From Nitrospirota bacterium (GTDB taxonomy: Bacteria; Nitrospirota; Thermodesulfovibrionia; Thermodesulfovibrionales; JdFR-86), in assembly GCA_963721805.1 (NCBI GenBank), contig CAVRJY010000001.1, positions 1,120,001 to 1,184,000 on the forward strand: a DNA stretch of 64,000 bases, in the 5' to 3' direction. The notes beneath the pieces are model-generated. The model saw only the letters and a program-made list of their open reading frames with translations. It searched no databases and had not been told where the DNA came from. Of this stretch, positions 38,815 to 48,960 are shown piece after piece. The translations under genes and the position numbers were made by a program. How positions within the stretch are numbered: position 1 is the first letter of the stretch; each line of letters opens with the position of its first letter.

Positions 38815-39585
38815 ATGCAGGTTGTGATACTATGCGGCGGCAAGGGCACCAGGATGAGGGAAGAGACCGAGTTCAAGCCCAAGCCGCTCGTCGAGATAGG
38901 CGGCATGCCGGTCCTCTGGCACATCATGAAGATATACTCCCACTACGGGTTCAACGATTTCGTGCTATGCCTCGGCTACAAGGGGACGATGATCAAGGAG
39001 TATTTCATGAACTTCGAGTGGCTCGCCAACGACTTTACGCTCGAACTCGGCAAGGGCAAGGGCAGGGTCAAGCACCATGTGCACGAACTCGACGACTGGA
39101 AGATCACCTTTGCCGACACCGGGGCCGAGACCGAGACCGGCGGCAGGGTCAACCGGATCGAGAAGTACCTCAAGGGCGACAGCTTCTTCCTGACATACGG
39201 AGACGCCCTGGCCGACGTCAACATAAAAGACCTGCTGGCGTTCCACAAATCCCAGAAAAAGATCGCCACGCTGACAGGGATTAACCCCCCGTCGCGCTTC
39301 GGCGTGCTCGAGGTCAAGGGCGGGGTGGCCGAGAGCTTCCGCGAAAAGCCGGTGCTCGAGGGGCTCGTAAACGGAGGGTTCTTCGTCCTTAACCGCAAGA
39401 TATTCGAGTTCCTCGACGAGGACTGCACGTTCGAGCAGCAGCCGCTCAAGACGCTCGCCTCAGCCGGTCAACTCGCGGTCTTCCACCACCAGGGTTTCTG
39501 GCAGTGCATGGACACGTTCAAGGAAGTCGAGACGTTCAACAGGCAGTGGGACGAAGGCAAACGGCCATGGGTGACGTGGGAGTAG
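38815..39585 (+). CDS. rfbF: Glucose-1-phosphate cytidylyltransferase
   Basis: ILCGGKGTR, PKPLVEIGG, TGGR, LTYGD and GFWQCMDT. Confidence 0.93.
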   Translation: MQVVILCGGKGTRMREETEFKPKPLVEIGGMPVLWHIMKIYSHYGFNDFVLCLGYKGTMIKEYFMNFEWLANDFTLELGKGKGRVKHHVHELDDWKITFADTGAETETGGRVNRIEKYLKGDSFFLTYGDALADVNIKDLLAFHKSQKKIATLTGINPPSRFGVLEVKGGVAESFREKPVLEGLVNGGFFVLNRKIFEFLDEDCTFEQQPLKTLASAGQLAVFHHQGFWQCMDTFKEVETFNRQWDEGKRPWVTWE

Positions 39586-39598
39586 AGGGCTGAGCGCG

Positions 39599-40678
39599 AT
39601 GTTCGGCGATATCTATAAGGACAGGACCGTGCTCGTCACGGGCCACACGGGCTTCAAGGGCTCGTGGCTGTCTCTGTGGCTTCGCCGCCTCGGGGCCAGG
39701 GTCGTGGGCTACGCCCTCGAGCCTGCGACAGACCCCAACCATTTCGATCTCCTGCGACTCGACATGGCATCGACGATCGGGGACATCAGGGACAGGGCCG
39801 GGCTTGAAAAGGTCTTTGAGACCTACAAGCCCGAGGTGGTGTTTCACCTCGCGGCCCAGCCGCTCGTGAGGGCTTCCTACCTGGATCCAGTCACAACCCT
39901 GGAGACGAACGTCATCGGCACGGCCAACGTACTGGAGGCGTGCAGGACCGCGCCTTCGGTCAGGGCCGTCGTGAACATCACCAGCGACAAATGCTATGAA
40001 AACCGGGAGTGGCTGTACGGCTACAGGGAGATAGACCCGATGGGCGGCTACGACCCCTACAGCGCGTCAAAGGGCTGCGCGGAACTGGTGACGAACTCAT
40101 ACCGGCGGTCGTTTTTCAGCCCTGAGGCATACGGGAAGAAACACGGCGTCCTGCTTGCGAGCGCGAGGGCCGGCAACATCATAGGCGGCGGCGACTGGTC
40201 AACCGACAGGCTGGTGCCCGATATGATAAGGGCCGCTGTCGCGGGGGCGAAGGTCTCGATAAGGAGTCCCAGGGCGATCCGGCCCTGGCAGCACGTGCTG
40301 GACCCTCTGGCCGGATACCTCATGCTCGGCCGCAAGCTGCTCGAAGGCGACGCCGCGTTTGCCGATGCTTGGAACTTCGGCCCGGACGAGGCGAGCTGCA
40401 TCGAGGTGGAACGGATAGTTAAGGGCGCACGTGCGGTTTGGGACAGGATCGATTACGAGAAGGCCGAGGACCCGGCCGGGCCTCACGAGGCCGGGCTCCT
40501 GAAGCTCGACTGCTCGAAGGCAAGGACCGTTCTGGGCTGGAGGCCGCTGTGGAAAATAGAGGACGCGCTCGATGCGACCGTCGGGTGGTACAGGGAGTTT
40601 TACGCAAGCGGCGCGGCCCGAAGCGCTCTGGACCTCGACCGGTACTCTGCCGCGCTGAGCGCAAGGGCCTCTTCTTAG
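39599..40678 (+). CDS. rfbG: CDP-glucose 4,6-dehydratase
   Basis: TGHTGFKGSW, HLAAQPLV, TSDKCYEN, DPYSASK and RPWQHV. Confidence 0.93.
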   Translation: MFGDIYKDRTVLVTGHTGFKGSWLSLWLRRLGARVVGYALEPATDPNHFDLLRLDMASTIGDIRDRAGLEKVFETYKPEVVFHLAAQPLVRASYLDPVTTLETNVIGTANVLEACRTAPSVRAVVNITSDKCYENREWLYGYREIDPMGGYDPYSASKGCAELVTNSYRRSFFSPEAYGKKHGVLLASARAGNIIGGGDWSTDRLVPDMIRAAVAGAKVSIRSPRAIRPWQHVLDPLAGYLMLGRKLLEGDAAFADAWNFGPDEASCIEVERIVKGARAVWDRIDYEKAEDPAGPHEAGLLKLDCSKARTVLGWRPLWKIEDALDATVGWYREFYASGAARSALDLDRYSAALSARASS

Positions 40679-40732
40679 CCCCGCGGCCTGGCAAAGAACT
40701 GCACAGCCAGAGGCGCCGGCATCCCCTGGCCG

Positions 40733-41329
40733 TTAACCCTGCGGTTTCGTCTTAAGCTGCTGCTCTTTGATCAGGTCCGAGTGGCAGGAGGTGTCGATAA
40801 TGAACTCGAAATTGCTGTTGCTCTCTATCAGGCCCAGCACGTCATAGCCCTTGGCCGATGCGTCCTTGAGGTATCTGCATGTCTCAAAATCGTTTTTCTG
40901 GATCGCCATGACCTCGGCCAGGGTCACCATGGCCGTGACGTCGTCGCCGTCGAGGTTCAGCGCGGTGCGGAGGTCGACCTCTGCATCGTCGACGCGGTTG
41001 AGGCGCATCAGCAGTATGGCCCTGTCGGTGTATGCGGGTTCGAGGTCCGGCTGTAGCGTCAGGGCAATGTCGTAATCGGCGAGCGCGTCTTTGTAGTCGT
41101 CCGTCTCGCGATACGCGGTGGCCCTCTGAGCGTGGAGCCATGCGCTCGTGTCATATTTCTTGAGGCCCTCGGTGGTCTTCTCTATGACCTTGGGCCAGTC
41201 GCCCCAGTACGTGGCGTCGATCTCTTCGGCCAGCGTCTCGGCGCGTTCGGAGGCGGTTGAGCACGAAAACAGGATCGCGCAGCAGGCGAACAGGAGCAGC
41301 GCCTTAAGCCTGAGTGTGCCTCCCAGCAT
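40733..41329 (-). CDS. TPR lipoprotein
   Basis: Lipobox-like LFSC after a hydrophobic stretch; TPR helices; TGG-TATAAT 6 nt before ATG 41329. Confidence 0.7.
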   Translation of the reverse strand: MLGGTLRLKALLLFACCAILFSCSTASERAETLAEEIDATYWGDWPKVIEKTTEGLKKYDTSAWLHAQRATAYRETDDYKDALADYDIALTLQPDLEPAYTDRAILLMRLNRVDDAEVDLRTALNLDGDDVTAMVTLAEVMAIQKNDFETCRYLKDASAKGYDVLGLIESNSNFEFIIDTSCHSDLIKEQQLKTKPQG

Positions 41330-41420
41330 GGGATAATTATACCAGAAACAGGCTTGCTTTACTGCTACAGCCGGCATCTGCTAAAATTTAAGTTGCCCAA
41401 AAAACGGGGGACCGGAAATC

Positions 41421-42341
41421 ATGTCAGAGAAGAAAGCCATAGGAATAGATATAGGCGGGACAAACCTGCGGGTCGCGCTCGTCTCGGCGGCCGGCGAGGT
41501 GCTCACCAAGGTCAAGGTTTCCTCTACGGGGGACATCATGGCCGCGATAGGCCGCGCCGTCGACGGGATGCTCGACGACGACGTGGTGGGGATAGGCGTC
41601 GGAGTGGCCGGGCTGATCGACCGCGAGGGCAGGCGGGTGCTCACCTCCCCGAACCTGCAGAACATCGAGGGCCTCGCTCTGGGCGAGATAGTGCCCGGCA
41701 GGCGCGTGGTCATTGAAAACGACGCCAACGCGGCCGCTATAGGCGAGCGCTGGATGGGCGCGGGGCGCGAGTTCAGAAACTTCGTCCTCCTTACGCTCGG
41801 CACCGGCATAGGCTGCGGGATCGTGCAGGACGGCACGCTGCTGCCCGTGCCCGCCGAGGCCGGGCACATGAGCATCCACGCCGCCGGAGAGCGCTGCCCG
41901 TGCGGCAACTACGGCTGCCTCGAACAATACAGCTCCGCGCGCGCCATAACGAACCGCATCCTGGGCGCCATCGAGAAGGGCACCGCCAGCATCCTGAAGG
42001 ATTACCATCAGGGCAACGTATACAAGATCACGCCCGAGGACGTGTACAAGGCCGCGTTCGAGGGTGATTCGCTCTCGCGAGAGACGCTCCGCGAGGCCGG
42101 GAGAAACCTCGGCGTCGGCATCGCGAACATGATAAACATCTTCGGCCCCGATGCCGTGATACTCACCGGGGGGCTCACGCGCGCCTGGGACATATACATC
42201 GTCGAGGCCATCCGCGAGGCGTCCAGGCGGGCCTTCCGCGAGATCTTCGAGAAGGCGCGGATAATCCAGTCCGGCCTTGGAGACGACGACACCGGCATCA
42301 TCGGGGCTGCGGCGCTTATCCTGCACACTGAAGATCGCTGA
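41421..42341 (+). CDS. ROK-family glucokinase
   Basis: [21 protein letters not shown] and [14 protein letters not shown]. Confidence 0.9.
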   Translation: MSEKKAIGIDIGGTNLRVALVSAAGEVLTKVKVSSTGDIMAAIGRAVDGMLDDDVVGIGVGVAGLIDREGRRVLTSPNLQNIEGLALGEIVPGRRVVIENDANAAAIGERWMGAGREFRNFVLLTLGTGIGCGIVQDGTLLPVPAEAGHMSIHAAGERCPCGNYGCLEQYSSARAITNRILGAIEKGTASILKDYHQGNVYKITPEDVYKAAFEGDSLSRETLREAGRNLGVGIANMINIFGPDAVILTGGLTRAWDIYIVEAIREASRRAFREIFEKARIIQSGLGDDDTGIIGAAALILHTEDR

Positions 42342-44146
42342 TGCCCGATACCTACGACATCGGGAAGATCAGAAACTTCTCGATCATCGCCCACATAGAC
42401 CACGGCAAGTCCACGCTCGCCGACCGCCTGCTTGAGCAGACCGGGGCCCTGACCCACCGTGAGATGTCCGCGCAGGTGCTGGACTCGATGGACCTCGAAC
42501 GCGAGCGCGGCATCACGATCAAGGCCCACTCGGTGCGCCTCAACTATAAGGCCAGGGACGGACAGGACTACGTCTTGAACCTCATCGACACGCCGGGCCA
42601 CGTGGACTTCTCGTACGAGGTCTCGCGCAGCCTCGCGTCGTGCGAGGGCGCGCTGCTGGTCGTGGATGCCGCGCAGGGCGTCGAGGCCCAGAGCCTCGCA
42701 AACGCCTACCTCGCCATAGACAACAACCTCGAGATCGTCCCGGTCATCAACAAGATCGACCTGCCTTCGGCCGAACCCGAGCGCGTCAAGGAGCAGATCA
42801 ACGATACGCTGCCGATTGACGCCAAGGACGCCCTGCTCGTGAGCGCCAAAACAGGGCTCGGCATAGACGAGACGCTCGAGGCGATCGTCCGCCTGCTGCC
42901 TCCGCCCGAGGGCGACTCCTCCAAGCCGCTTAAGGCCATGGTTTTCGATTCGTGGTTTGACAACTACCGCGGGGCGATAATGCTCGTCAGGGTCTTTGAC
43001 GGCGAAGTCAAACAGGGCACGAAGATCCTTCAGATGAGCACCGGCGGCGTATACGAGGTCGACGAGGTAGGGTACTTCACCCCGAAGCCCCTCAGGGCCG
43101 AATCGCTCCGGGCCGGAGAGGTCGGGTACATCACGGCCGGGATCAAGAACGTCCAGGACACGCGCATAGGCGACACGATAACCGAGGCCGAGAGCCCTAC
43201 GACCGAGCCCTGCCCTGGGTACAAGGAGATCAAGCCGATGGTCTTCAGCGGGCTGTACCCGACGGACATGAACCAGTACGCCCCGCTGCGCGACGCGCTC
43301 GAGAAGCTCAGACTGAACGATTCGTCTTTCGTCTACGAGCCGGAGAGCTCCATAGCGCTCGGGTTCGGTTTCAGGTGCGGCTTCCTCGGGCTCCTGCACA
43401 TGGAGATCATCCAAGAAAGGCTCGAGCGCGAGTTCAACCTCTCGCTCATCACCACCACGCCCACCGTCAGCTACCGCGCCACCGATACGAAGGGCGAGGT
43501 CACGATCATCCACAACCCGGCCCAATGGACCGGCAACTACGCCCTGCTCGAGGAGCCTTACGTCAAGATCGTGATCTTCGTGCCGGAGCGCTTCGTCGGC
43601 TCGGTGCTCGAACTCTGCCAGTCGAAGATGGGCGTGCAGAAGGAGTTCACCTACATCGGCAAGGAACGCATCATGGTAGTTTACGAGATGCCCCTGAGCG
43701 AGATCCTCTGGGACTTCTACGATAAGCTCAAGTCGGTCTCGAAGGGCTACGCCTCGATGGACTACGAGCTGGCCGGATACCGCGAGGCGGACCTCCAGAA
43801 GCTGGACATAATGATTAATACCCAGATCGTCGACGCCCTTTCCTTGATTGTCCACCGTGACAAGGCTTATTATAGGGGCAGGCAGATCGTGGACAACCTG
43901 AGGGAATCCATACCCCGTCAGATGTTCGAGATCGCGATACAGGCCTCGATCGGCGGGAAGGTGATCGCGCGCCAGACCGTGAAGGCCATGCGCAAAGACG
44001 TGCTGGCCAAGTGCTACGGCGGCGACATAACCCGCAAGCGCAAGCTCCTCGAGAAGCAGAAGGAAGGCAAGAAGCGCATGAAACAGGTCGGCAGCGTGGA
44101 GCTTCCGCAGGAGGCGTTCCTCTCGGTCTTGAAGACCGGCGAATGA
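42341..44146 (+). CDS. lepA: Translation elongation factor 4
   Basis: [24 protein letters not shown] and [14 protein letters not shown]. Confidence 0.97.
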   Translation: MPDTYDIGKIRNFSIIAHIDHGKSTLADRLLEQTGALTHREMSAQVLDSMDLERERGITIKAHSVRLNYKARDGQDYVLNLIDTPGHVDFSYEVSRSLASCEGALLVVDAAQGVEAQSLANAYLAIDNNLEIVPVINKIDLPSAEPERVKEQINDTLPIDAKDALLVSAKTGLGIDETLEAIVRLLPPPEGDSSKPLKAMVFDSWFDNYRGAIMLVRVFDGEVKQGTKILQMSTGGVYEVDEVGYFTPKPLRAESLRAGEVGYITAGIKNVQDTRIGDTITEAESPTTEPCPGYKEIKPMVFSGLYPTDMNQYAPLRDALEKLRLNDSSFVYEPESSIALGFGFRCGFLGLLHMEIIQERLEREFNLSLITTTPTVSYRATDTKGEVTIIHNPAQWTGNYALLEEPYVKIVIFVPERFVGSVLELCQSKMGVQKEFTYIGKERIMVVYEMPLSEILWDFYDKLKSVSKGYASMDYELAGYREADLQKLDIMINTQIVDALSLIVHRDKAYYRGRQIVDNLRESIPRQMFEIAIQASIGGKVIARQTVKAMRKDVLAKCYGGDITRKRKLLEKQKEGKKRMKQVGSVELPQEAFLSVLKTGE

Positions 44147-44171
44147 TGGCCCAGGAGCAAGAAGGAGACAG

Positions 44172-44786
44172 ATGAATAAAGAGCGCAAGCGGGTCCTGCT
44201 CGAATACGCCGAGGCGATCGCCACGGCTGTCATCCTCGCGTTGTTCATCAGGGCCTACGTGGTCCAGGCGTTTAAGATCCCCACCGGCTCTATGGTCGCC
44301 ACCCTGCTTCCCGGCGACCACCTGCTCGTAAACAAATTCATCTACGGCACCGACATCCCCTTCACGCACATCGTCATACTCAAGGTCAGGGACCCCAGGC
44401 GCGGCGACGTCATCGTGTTCAAGTACCCCGAGGACCCGTCCCGCGACTTCATCAAGCGCGTGATCGGCGTCGGCGGCGATACGGTAGAGGGGCGCGACAA
44501 GCAGGTCTTCGTAAACGGCCAGCCGCTTGATGAACCGTACGTCCAGCACGCCGACCCGGACATGCACCCGCCGCAGCAGGACAAGCGCGACACCTTCGGC
44601 CCGGTCAAGGTCCCCGATGGCAAGTATTTCATGATGGGCGACAACCGGGACTTCAGCTATGACAGCCGTTTCTGGGGGCCGGTGGACAGGGAGGCAATCC
44701 AGGGCAAGGCTCTGGTAATCTATTGGTCCTGGGACGGACAGGAACACTTCCCGCGTTTCTCGCGGATCGGAAAGGTGGTACATTAG
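44172..44786 (+). CDS. lepB: Signal peptidase I
   Basis: IPTGSM, FIKRVIG and MGDNRDFSYDSRFWG. Confidence 0.95.
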   Translation: MNKERKRVLLEYAEAIATAVILALFIRAYVVQAFKIPTGSMVATLLPGDHLLVNKFIYGTDIPFTHIVILKVRDPRRGDVIVFKYPEDPSRDFIKRVIGVGGDTVEGRDKQVFVNGQPLDEPYVQHADPDMHPPQQDKRDTFGPVKVPDGKYFMMGDNRDFSYDSRFWGPVDREAIQGKALVIYWSWDGQEHFPRFSRIGKVVH

Positions 44787-44788
44787 CC

Positions 44789-45115
44789 ATGAAGTATGCA
44801 TTTAACGTTATCCTCACGCTCGCGATCGTGGGTTCTTTCTTCTATGGCATCTATCTTTTCGGGATGCCGTATTACCGCTATTACGCCTTTGACTCCGCGG
44901 TGCAGGACTCCTCGAAGTTCCACAGTTACAGGGCCGTTGACGTCCAGAAGGACCTCGTCGAAAAGGCGAAGGACCTCGGCCTGCCCCTTGACGAGAACAC
45001 CATAAATGTTTCGGGCAGTTTCGGTAAATACGTGATACAGGCGAAATGGTCTGAGACGGTTGACGTAGTTGGCCTGTACCAGTACGTATACCACTTTGAG
45101 TCACACGCGCCGTAG
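44789..45115 (+). CDS. Small membrane-anchored hypothetical protein downstream of lepB
   Basis: N-terminal TM; tightly packed between lepB and ribE. Confidence 0.6.
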   Translation: MKYAFNVILTLAIVGSFFYGIYLFGMPYYRYYAFDSAVQDSSKFHSYRAVDVQKDLVEKAKDLGLPLDENTINVSGSFGKYVIQAKWSETVDVVGLYQYVYHFESHAP

Positions 45116-45118
45116 CTG

Positions 45119-45769
45119 ATGTTTACCGGGCTGGTGCATGGGATGGGAGGCGTCGCGGCGCTCCGCAGGCAGGGGCCGGGGGCGGTGCTGCGCGTTGACA
45201 CGAAGGGCCTGATCGGCGAGCCGGCGATAGGCGACAGCATCGCGATAAACGGGGCATGCCTGACCGTGACCCGCATAGAGGGGCAGGTCGTTGACTTCGA
45301 CGTCTCGGCCGAGAGCCTCAAACACACGGTCCTGGGCGACCTCCGCCCCGGCGAGCGCGTGAACGTCGAGCCCTCGCTGAGGGCCTCGGACCGCATGGGC
45401 GGCCATATCGTCAGCGGCCACGTCGACGCTGTAGGCACGATCCGCTCCGCCGCGCGGGAGGGCGACGCCGTGCGGGTTACGATAGACGTCCCGCGCGCAA
45501 TCGCCGCTGAACTCGTGCCCAAGGGCTCGGTCGCGGTAGACGGGATAAGCCTGACCGTGGTGGAAGTGGGCGAGTCGTCATTTACGCTGGTCATCATACC
45601 GCACACCGCGGCCCAGACGACGATCGGCGTCAAGGCGCCGGGCATGCGGGTGAACATAGAGACTGACATCATCGGCAAGTACGTTGCGAAGTATCTGGCC
45701 GCGCATGCCTCAAAGGGCGACAGCGCGCTTACGGATAAATTGAAGCGCTCGGGATTCATGGGCGCATGA
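45119..45769 (+). CDS. ribE: Riboflavin synthase alpha chain
   Basis: MFTGLV, GDSIAINGACLT, GGHIVSGHVD and KGSVAVDGISLT. Confidence 0.95.
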   Translation: MFTGLVHGMGGVAALRRQGPGAVLRVDTKGLIGEPAIGDSIAINGACLTVTRIEGQVVDFDVSAESLKHTVLGDLRPGERVNVEPSLRASDRMGGHIVSGHVDAVGTIRSAAREGDAVRVTIDVPRAIAAELVPKGSVAVDGISLTVVEVGESSFTLVIIPHTAAQTTIGVKAPGMRVNIETDIIGKYVAKYLAAHASKGDSALTDKLKRSGFMGA

Positions 45770-45801
45770 GAAAATAGATCGAAAGGGCGCAAAGGGCTGA
45801 A

Positions 45802-47013
45802 ATGAAGAAATACAAGTTCAACACGATAGAAGAGGCCATCGAGGACATGCGCGAGGGCCGCATGGTCATACTCGTCGACGACGAGGACAGGGAGAACGAG
45901 GGCGACCTCACGATGGCGGCCGAGAAGGTGACGCCCGAGGCGATAAACTTCATGGCCAAGCACGGCCGCGGCCTGATATGCCTCTCGCTCACGCAGGAGC
46001 GCGTGGCCGCGCTCAAGCTCCCGATGATGTCCGAGGACAACACCTCGCAGTTCGGCACCGCCTTCACCGTATCGATTGAGGCCAAGCGCGGCGTCACGAC
46101 CGGCATCTCGGCCGCCGACCGCTCGGTCACTATACAGACCGCTATCCACCCCGACACGCGCCCCGAGGACCTGGCCAAGCCGGGCCACGTATTCCCGCTC
46201 CGGGCCAAGCCCGGCGGGGTGCTCCAGCGCGCGGGACAGACCGAGGGCTCGGTGGACCTCGCAAGGCTTGCCGGGCTCAACCCCGCCGGAGTGATCTGCG
46301 AGATCATGTCCGAGGACGGCACTATGGCCCGTGTGCCCGAGCTTATGGAGTTCGCCAAGACCCACGACCTGAAGATCTGCACCGTAAAGGACCTGATCAC
46401 CTACCGGATGAGCAAGGAGACGCTCGTGCGCCGCGTGGCCGACGTCAGCCTCCCGACCGAGTACGGCGATTTCCGCGCCATAGCCTACACCAGCGACCTC
46501 GACCCCAAAACTCACGTCGCGCTCGTCAAGGGCGAGATCAGGTCCGAGGACGACATTCTCGTACGCGTCCACTCCGAGTGCCTCACCGGCGACGTCTTCG
46601 GCTCGCGCCGCTGCGACTGCGGCGCGCAGCTCCACAAGGCGATGAAGCGGATCGAAAAAGAGGGCAAAGGCGTCATCCTCTACATGCGACAGGAGGGCAG
46701 GGGCATTGGGCTCGAAAACAAGCTCAAGGCCTACGAGCTCCAGGACATGGGCATGGACACCGTAGAGGCCAACATCAAGCTCGGCTTCGAGGCCGACCTG
46801 CGCGACTACGGCATCGGCGCGCAGATACTCGTTAACCTTGGCGTCCGCTCGATGAGGCTCATCACCAACAACCCGCGCAAGATCGTCGGGCTTGAGGGGT
46901 ACGGGCTCAAAGTCGCCGAGCGTGTCTCGATCGAGACCGCGCCGGATGAGAAGAATATAGCCTACCTCAAGACCAAGAAGAAGAAGCTTGGTCACATGCT
47001 GGAAAATGTGTAG
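45802..47013 (+). CDS. ribBA: DHBP synthase / GTP cyclohydrolase II
   Basis: [25 protein letters not shown] and QEGRGIG. Confidence 0.96.
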   Translation: MKKYKFNTIEEAIEDMREGRMVILVDDEDRENEGDLTMAAEKVTPEAINFMAKHGRGLICLSLTQERVAALKLPMMSEDNTSQFGTAFTVSIEAKRGVTTGISAADRSVTIQTAIHPDTRPEDLAKPGHVFPLRAKPGGVLQRAGQTEGSVDLARLAGLNPAGVICEIMSEDGTMARVPELMEFAKTHDLKICTVKDLITYRMSKETLVRRVADVSLPTEYGDFRAIAYTSDLDPKTHVALVKGEIRSEDDILVRVHSECLTGDVFGSRRCDCGAQLHKAMKRIEKEGKGVILYMRQEGRGIGLENKLKAYELQDMGMDTVEANIKLGFEADLRDYGIGAQILVNLGVRSMRLITNNPRKIVGLEGYGLKVAERVSIETAPDEKNIAYLKTKKKKLGHMLENV

Positions 47014-47016
47014 AGT

Positions 47017-47155
47017 TTGAAAGCGCTCTTGAAAGCGCTCCAAATCGCTTGATACTGCGTCACGTCTCGGAAATCCGTCCTCGATGTACGTCACAGTACA
47101 CCGTCGGACGTTTTCCTCGCCGTTTCCTTGTCTGAAGCCGATTTGGGCGCGCTTT
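47017..47155 (-). repeat. Structured intergenic repeat, copy 1 (long hairpin, MITE/REP-like)
   Basis: Ends AAAGCGCTCCAAATCG/CGATTTGGGCGCGCTTT; homologous in inverted orientation to 48000-48150; TTGAAAGCGCTC duplicated in tandem at 47017-47040. Confidence 0.7.
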
Positions 47156-47442
47156 GCGAAGTACGCGGCCCAGCCGCTGCCTCCGCGCCTCGCGGTCAAC
47201 GGCTTAGTTGAATCTGCCATCGTCGCTTTAGTTATATACATAGCTACCGCGTGCGCGCCCGCGTATTTTTTTAGAGCGTTCAAATGAACAAGCAAAACGC
47301 ACCTTTAACCCTGCGGAAAACTTGCATTTTCTGCGACCTCCCGTGTTCAGGCGTTCAGAAACGTTTTTCACGCTGCCTCCCGGTTTCTGCCTCGCTAATA
47401 TGTCTGCTAAATACTTCATGCGCGATTGTAGAACCAAAGGGC

Positions 47443-47510
47443 GGAACCCGTCCATGGGAACTGGTTCCTGGGAACCAGTTCCATGGAACCGGTTCCTAGG
47501 AGTCGGTTCC
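47443..47510. repeat. Five tandem 14-bp units built on the palindrome GGAAC-NN-GTTCC
   Basis: Units start at 47443, 47457, 47471, 47485 and 47499. Confidence 0.85.
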
Positions 47511-47672
47511 GCTAAGTGGTCAAGCCCAACAGCGGTGCGGGTTTGCGCCTGACCGTAATTAGTTTGTGCACAATCGTCCTATCGCAATTGATATTTAAAT
47601 TGTTGCGGATCGACCTGAGTAGGAGTAAGATTTTTTATGGTATCGATCCATATCTAAAGGAGGACAATTGCT

Positions 47673-47951
47673 ATGGGAGTCGTAGCCAGGTCAAACGAGA
47701 ACCTGAAGAAATGTATCTGTATGAAGTGCCCCAGCTATACGTTCACATGTAAGATGCTGAATATGCCGGGGAATATCATGGCGATGATGGGCGACGTTTC
47801 CAAAAAGATCGAGCTGGAGGCCATGTTTTGTGCGTTTGAAAAAAGCTCATGTATAAAGGAGGAAAAAGGCTGTATCTGCGGGACTTGTGCAGTCCACAAG
47901 GAAAACAAGCTCGAAAAAGGATTTTACTGCATCGCAACCGGCGGAAAATAA
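47673..47951 (+). CDS. DUF2769-like small Cys-rich protein
   Basis: CICMKCPSY, MFC, SSCI, GCICGTCAV and FYC; AAGGAGG SD. Confidence 0.75.
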   Translation: MGVVARSNENLKKCICMKCPSYTFTCKMLNMPGNIMAMMGDVSKKIELEAMFCAFEKSSCIKEEKGCICGTCAVHKENKLEKGFYCIATGGK

Positions 47952-47999
47952 GCACTCTCAAAGCCATTTCCTGGGTGTTCCCTGGCCTGGCATGGACAG

Positions 48000-48150
48000 G
48001 CGTTAAATCGCGAGAAATCGCGCCAGACAAGGGGCCAGCTGGCCCTTTCTTCAGGATAGGTGCCCGTGGCACCCGACGGTGTACTGCGACGTACTCCGAG
48101 GGCGCGTCTTTGAATCTCTGACGCAGTATCACGTGATTTGACGCGCTTTG
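48000..48150 (+). repeat. Structured intergenic repeat, copy 2
   Basis: Shares CAGACAAGG, CCGACGGTGTACTGyGACGTAC..CGAGG and TGACGCAGTATCA...GATTTG with the reverse complement of copy 1. Confidence 0.7.
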
Positions 48151-48189
48151 AAGTCCCACACTTTTAAGATTCTGTTATAATCAACGGTT

Positions 48190-48960
48190 ATGTTAGAAGC
48201 TATTGTATTGGGTATTATCCAGGGGATTACGGAATTTCTGCCGGTTAGCTCCACCGCGCATCTTGTGCTCGTGCCGTGGTTTCTGGGCTGGACCGGGCTG
48301 GTCGATTCGCTCGCGTTCGACGTCGCCCTGCACGCCGGGACCCTTCTGGCTATCCTGATCTGCTTCTGGCGCGATATCGTGGACATCCTCACCCGCCGAA
48401 TGTACCTAGCGGTGCTGATAATCTTCGCGACCATACCGGCCGGTGTGGTCGGCATCACGCTCCAGCACAAGATCGAGCACGAGTTCCGCACGCCGCTGGT
48501 CATAGCCGCGGGGCTGATTATCTTTGCCGTGGTGATGTTCATCGCGGACCGGGGCTTCAAGCGCCGCAACATGAACGATATCGGGTTTGGAAACGCGCTC
48601 TTCATCGGCTGCTGTCAGGCCATCGCGGTCATACCCGGAGTATCGCGCTCCGGCTCAACTATAACCGGCGGCCTGCTTACCGGCCTTCGTCGCGACGAGG
48701 CCGCGAGGTTCTCGTTCCTGCTCTCGATCCCCGTCATCGCCGGCGCGGCCCTGCTTGAGGGCCGCAAGATATTCAAGAGCCCGGAGCAATACGACATGTC
48801 GCTGCTCGCGGCCGGGTTCGTCGCATCCGCTATTACGGGAGTCCTCGCGATAAAGTTCCTGATGGGCTTCCTCAAACGCCACTCGATGAACCTGTTTGTC
48901 GCATACCGCTTCGCGCTCGGCGCGCTGATCCTCGTATGGTGGAAATGGTTCGCCGTGTAA
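48190..48960 (+). CDS. uppP: Undecaprenyl-diphosphate phosphatase
   Basis: QGITEFLPVSSTAH, PGVSRSGST and ARFSFLLSIP. Confidence 0.95.
   Translation: MLEAIVLGIIQGITEFLPVSSTAHLVLVPWFLGWTGLVDSLAFDVALHAGTLLAILICFWRDIVDILTRRMYLAVLIIFATIPAGVVGITLQHKIEHEFRTPLVIAAGLIIFAVVMFIADRGFKRRNMNDIGFGNALFIGCCQAIAVIPGVSRSGSTITGGLLTGLRRDEAARFSFLLSIPVIAGAALLEGRKIFKSPEQYDMSLLAAGFVASAITGVLAIKFLMGFLKRHSMNLFVAYRFALGALILVWWKWFAV

Noticed and set aside
45100..45801. FMN riboswitch for ribE/ribBA
   Set aside because: No intergenic room and no RFN motif
42008..47295. Long antisense ORFs 42008..44248 and 44926..47295
   Set aside because: Shadow frames of GC3-rich lepA, ribE and ribBA with no protein motifs
47443..47510. 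LexA (GAAC-N4-GTTC) boxes
   Set aside because: The spacer is N2 rather than N4, and no SOS gene is adjacent
47084..47752. Short ORFs in the repeat patch (47084, 47228, 47284, 47322, 47516)
   Set aside because: They overlap repeats, lack SD or motifs and show no coding bias
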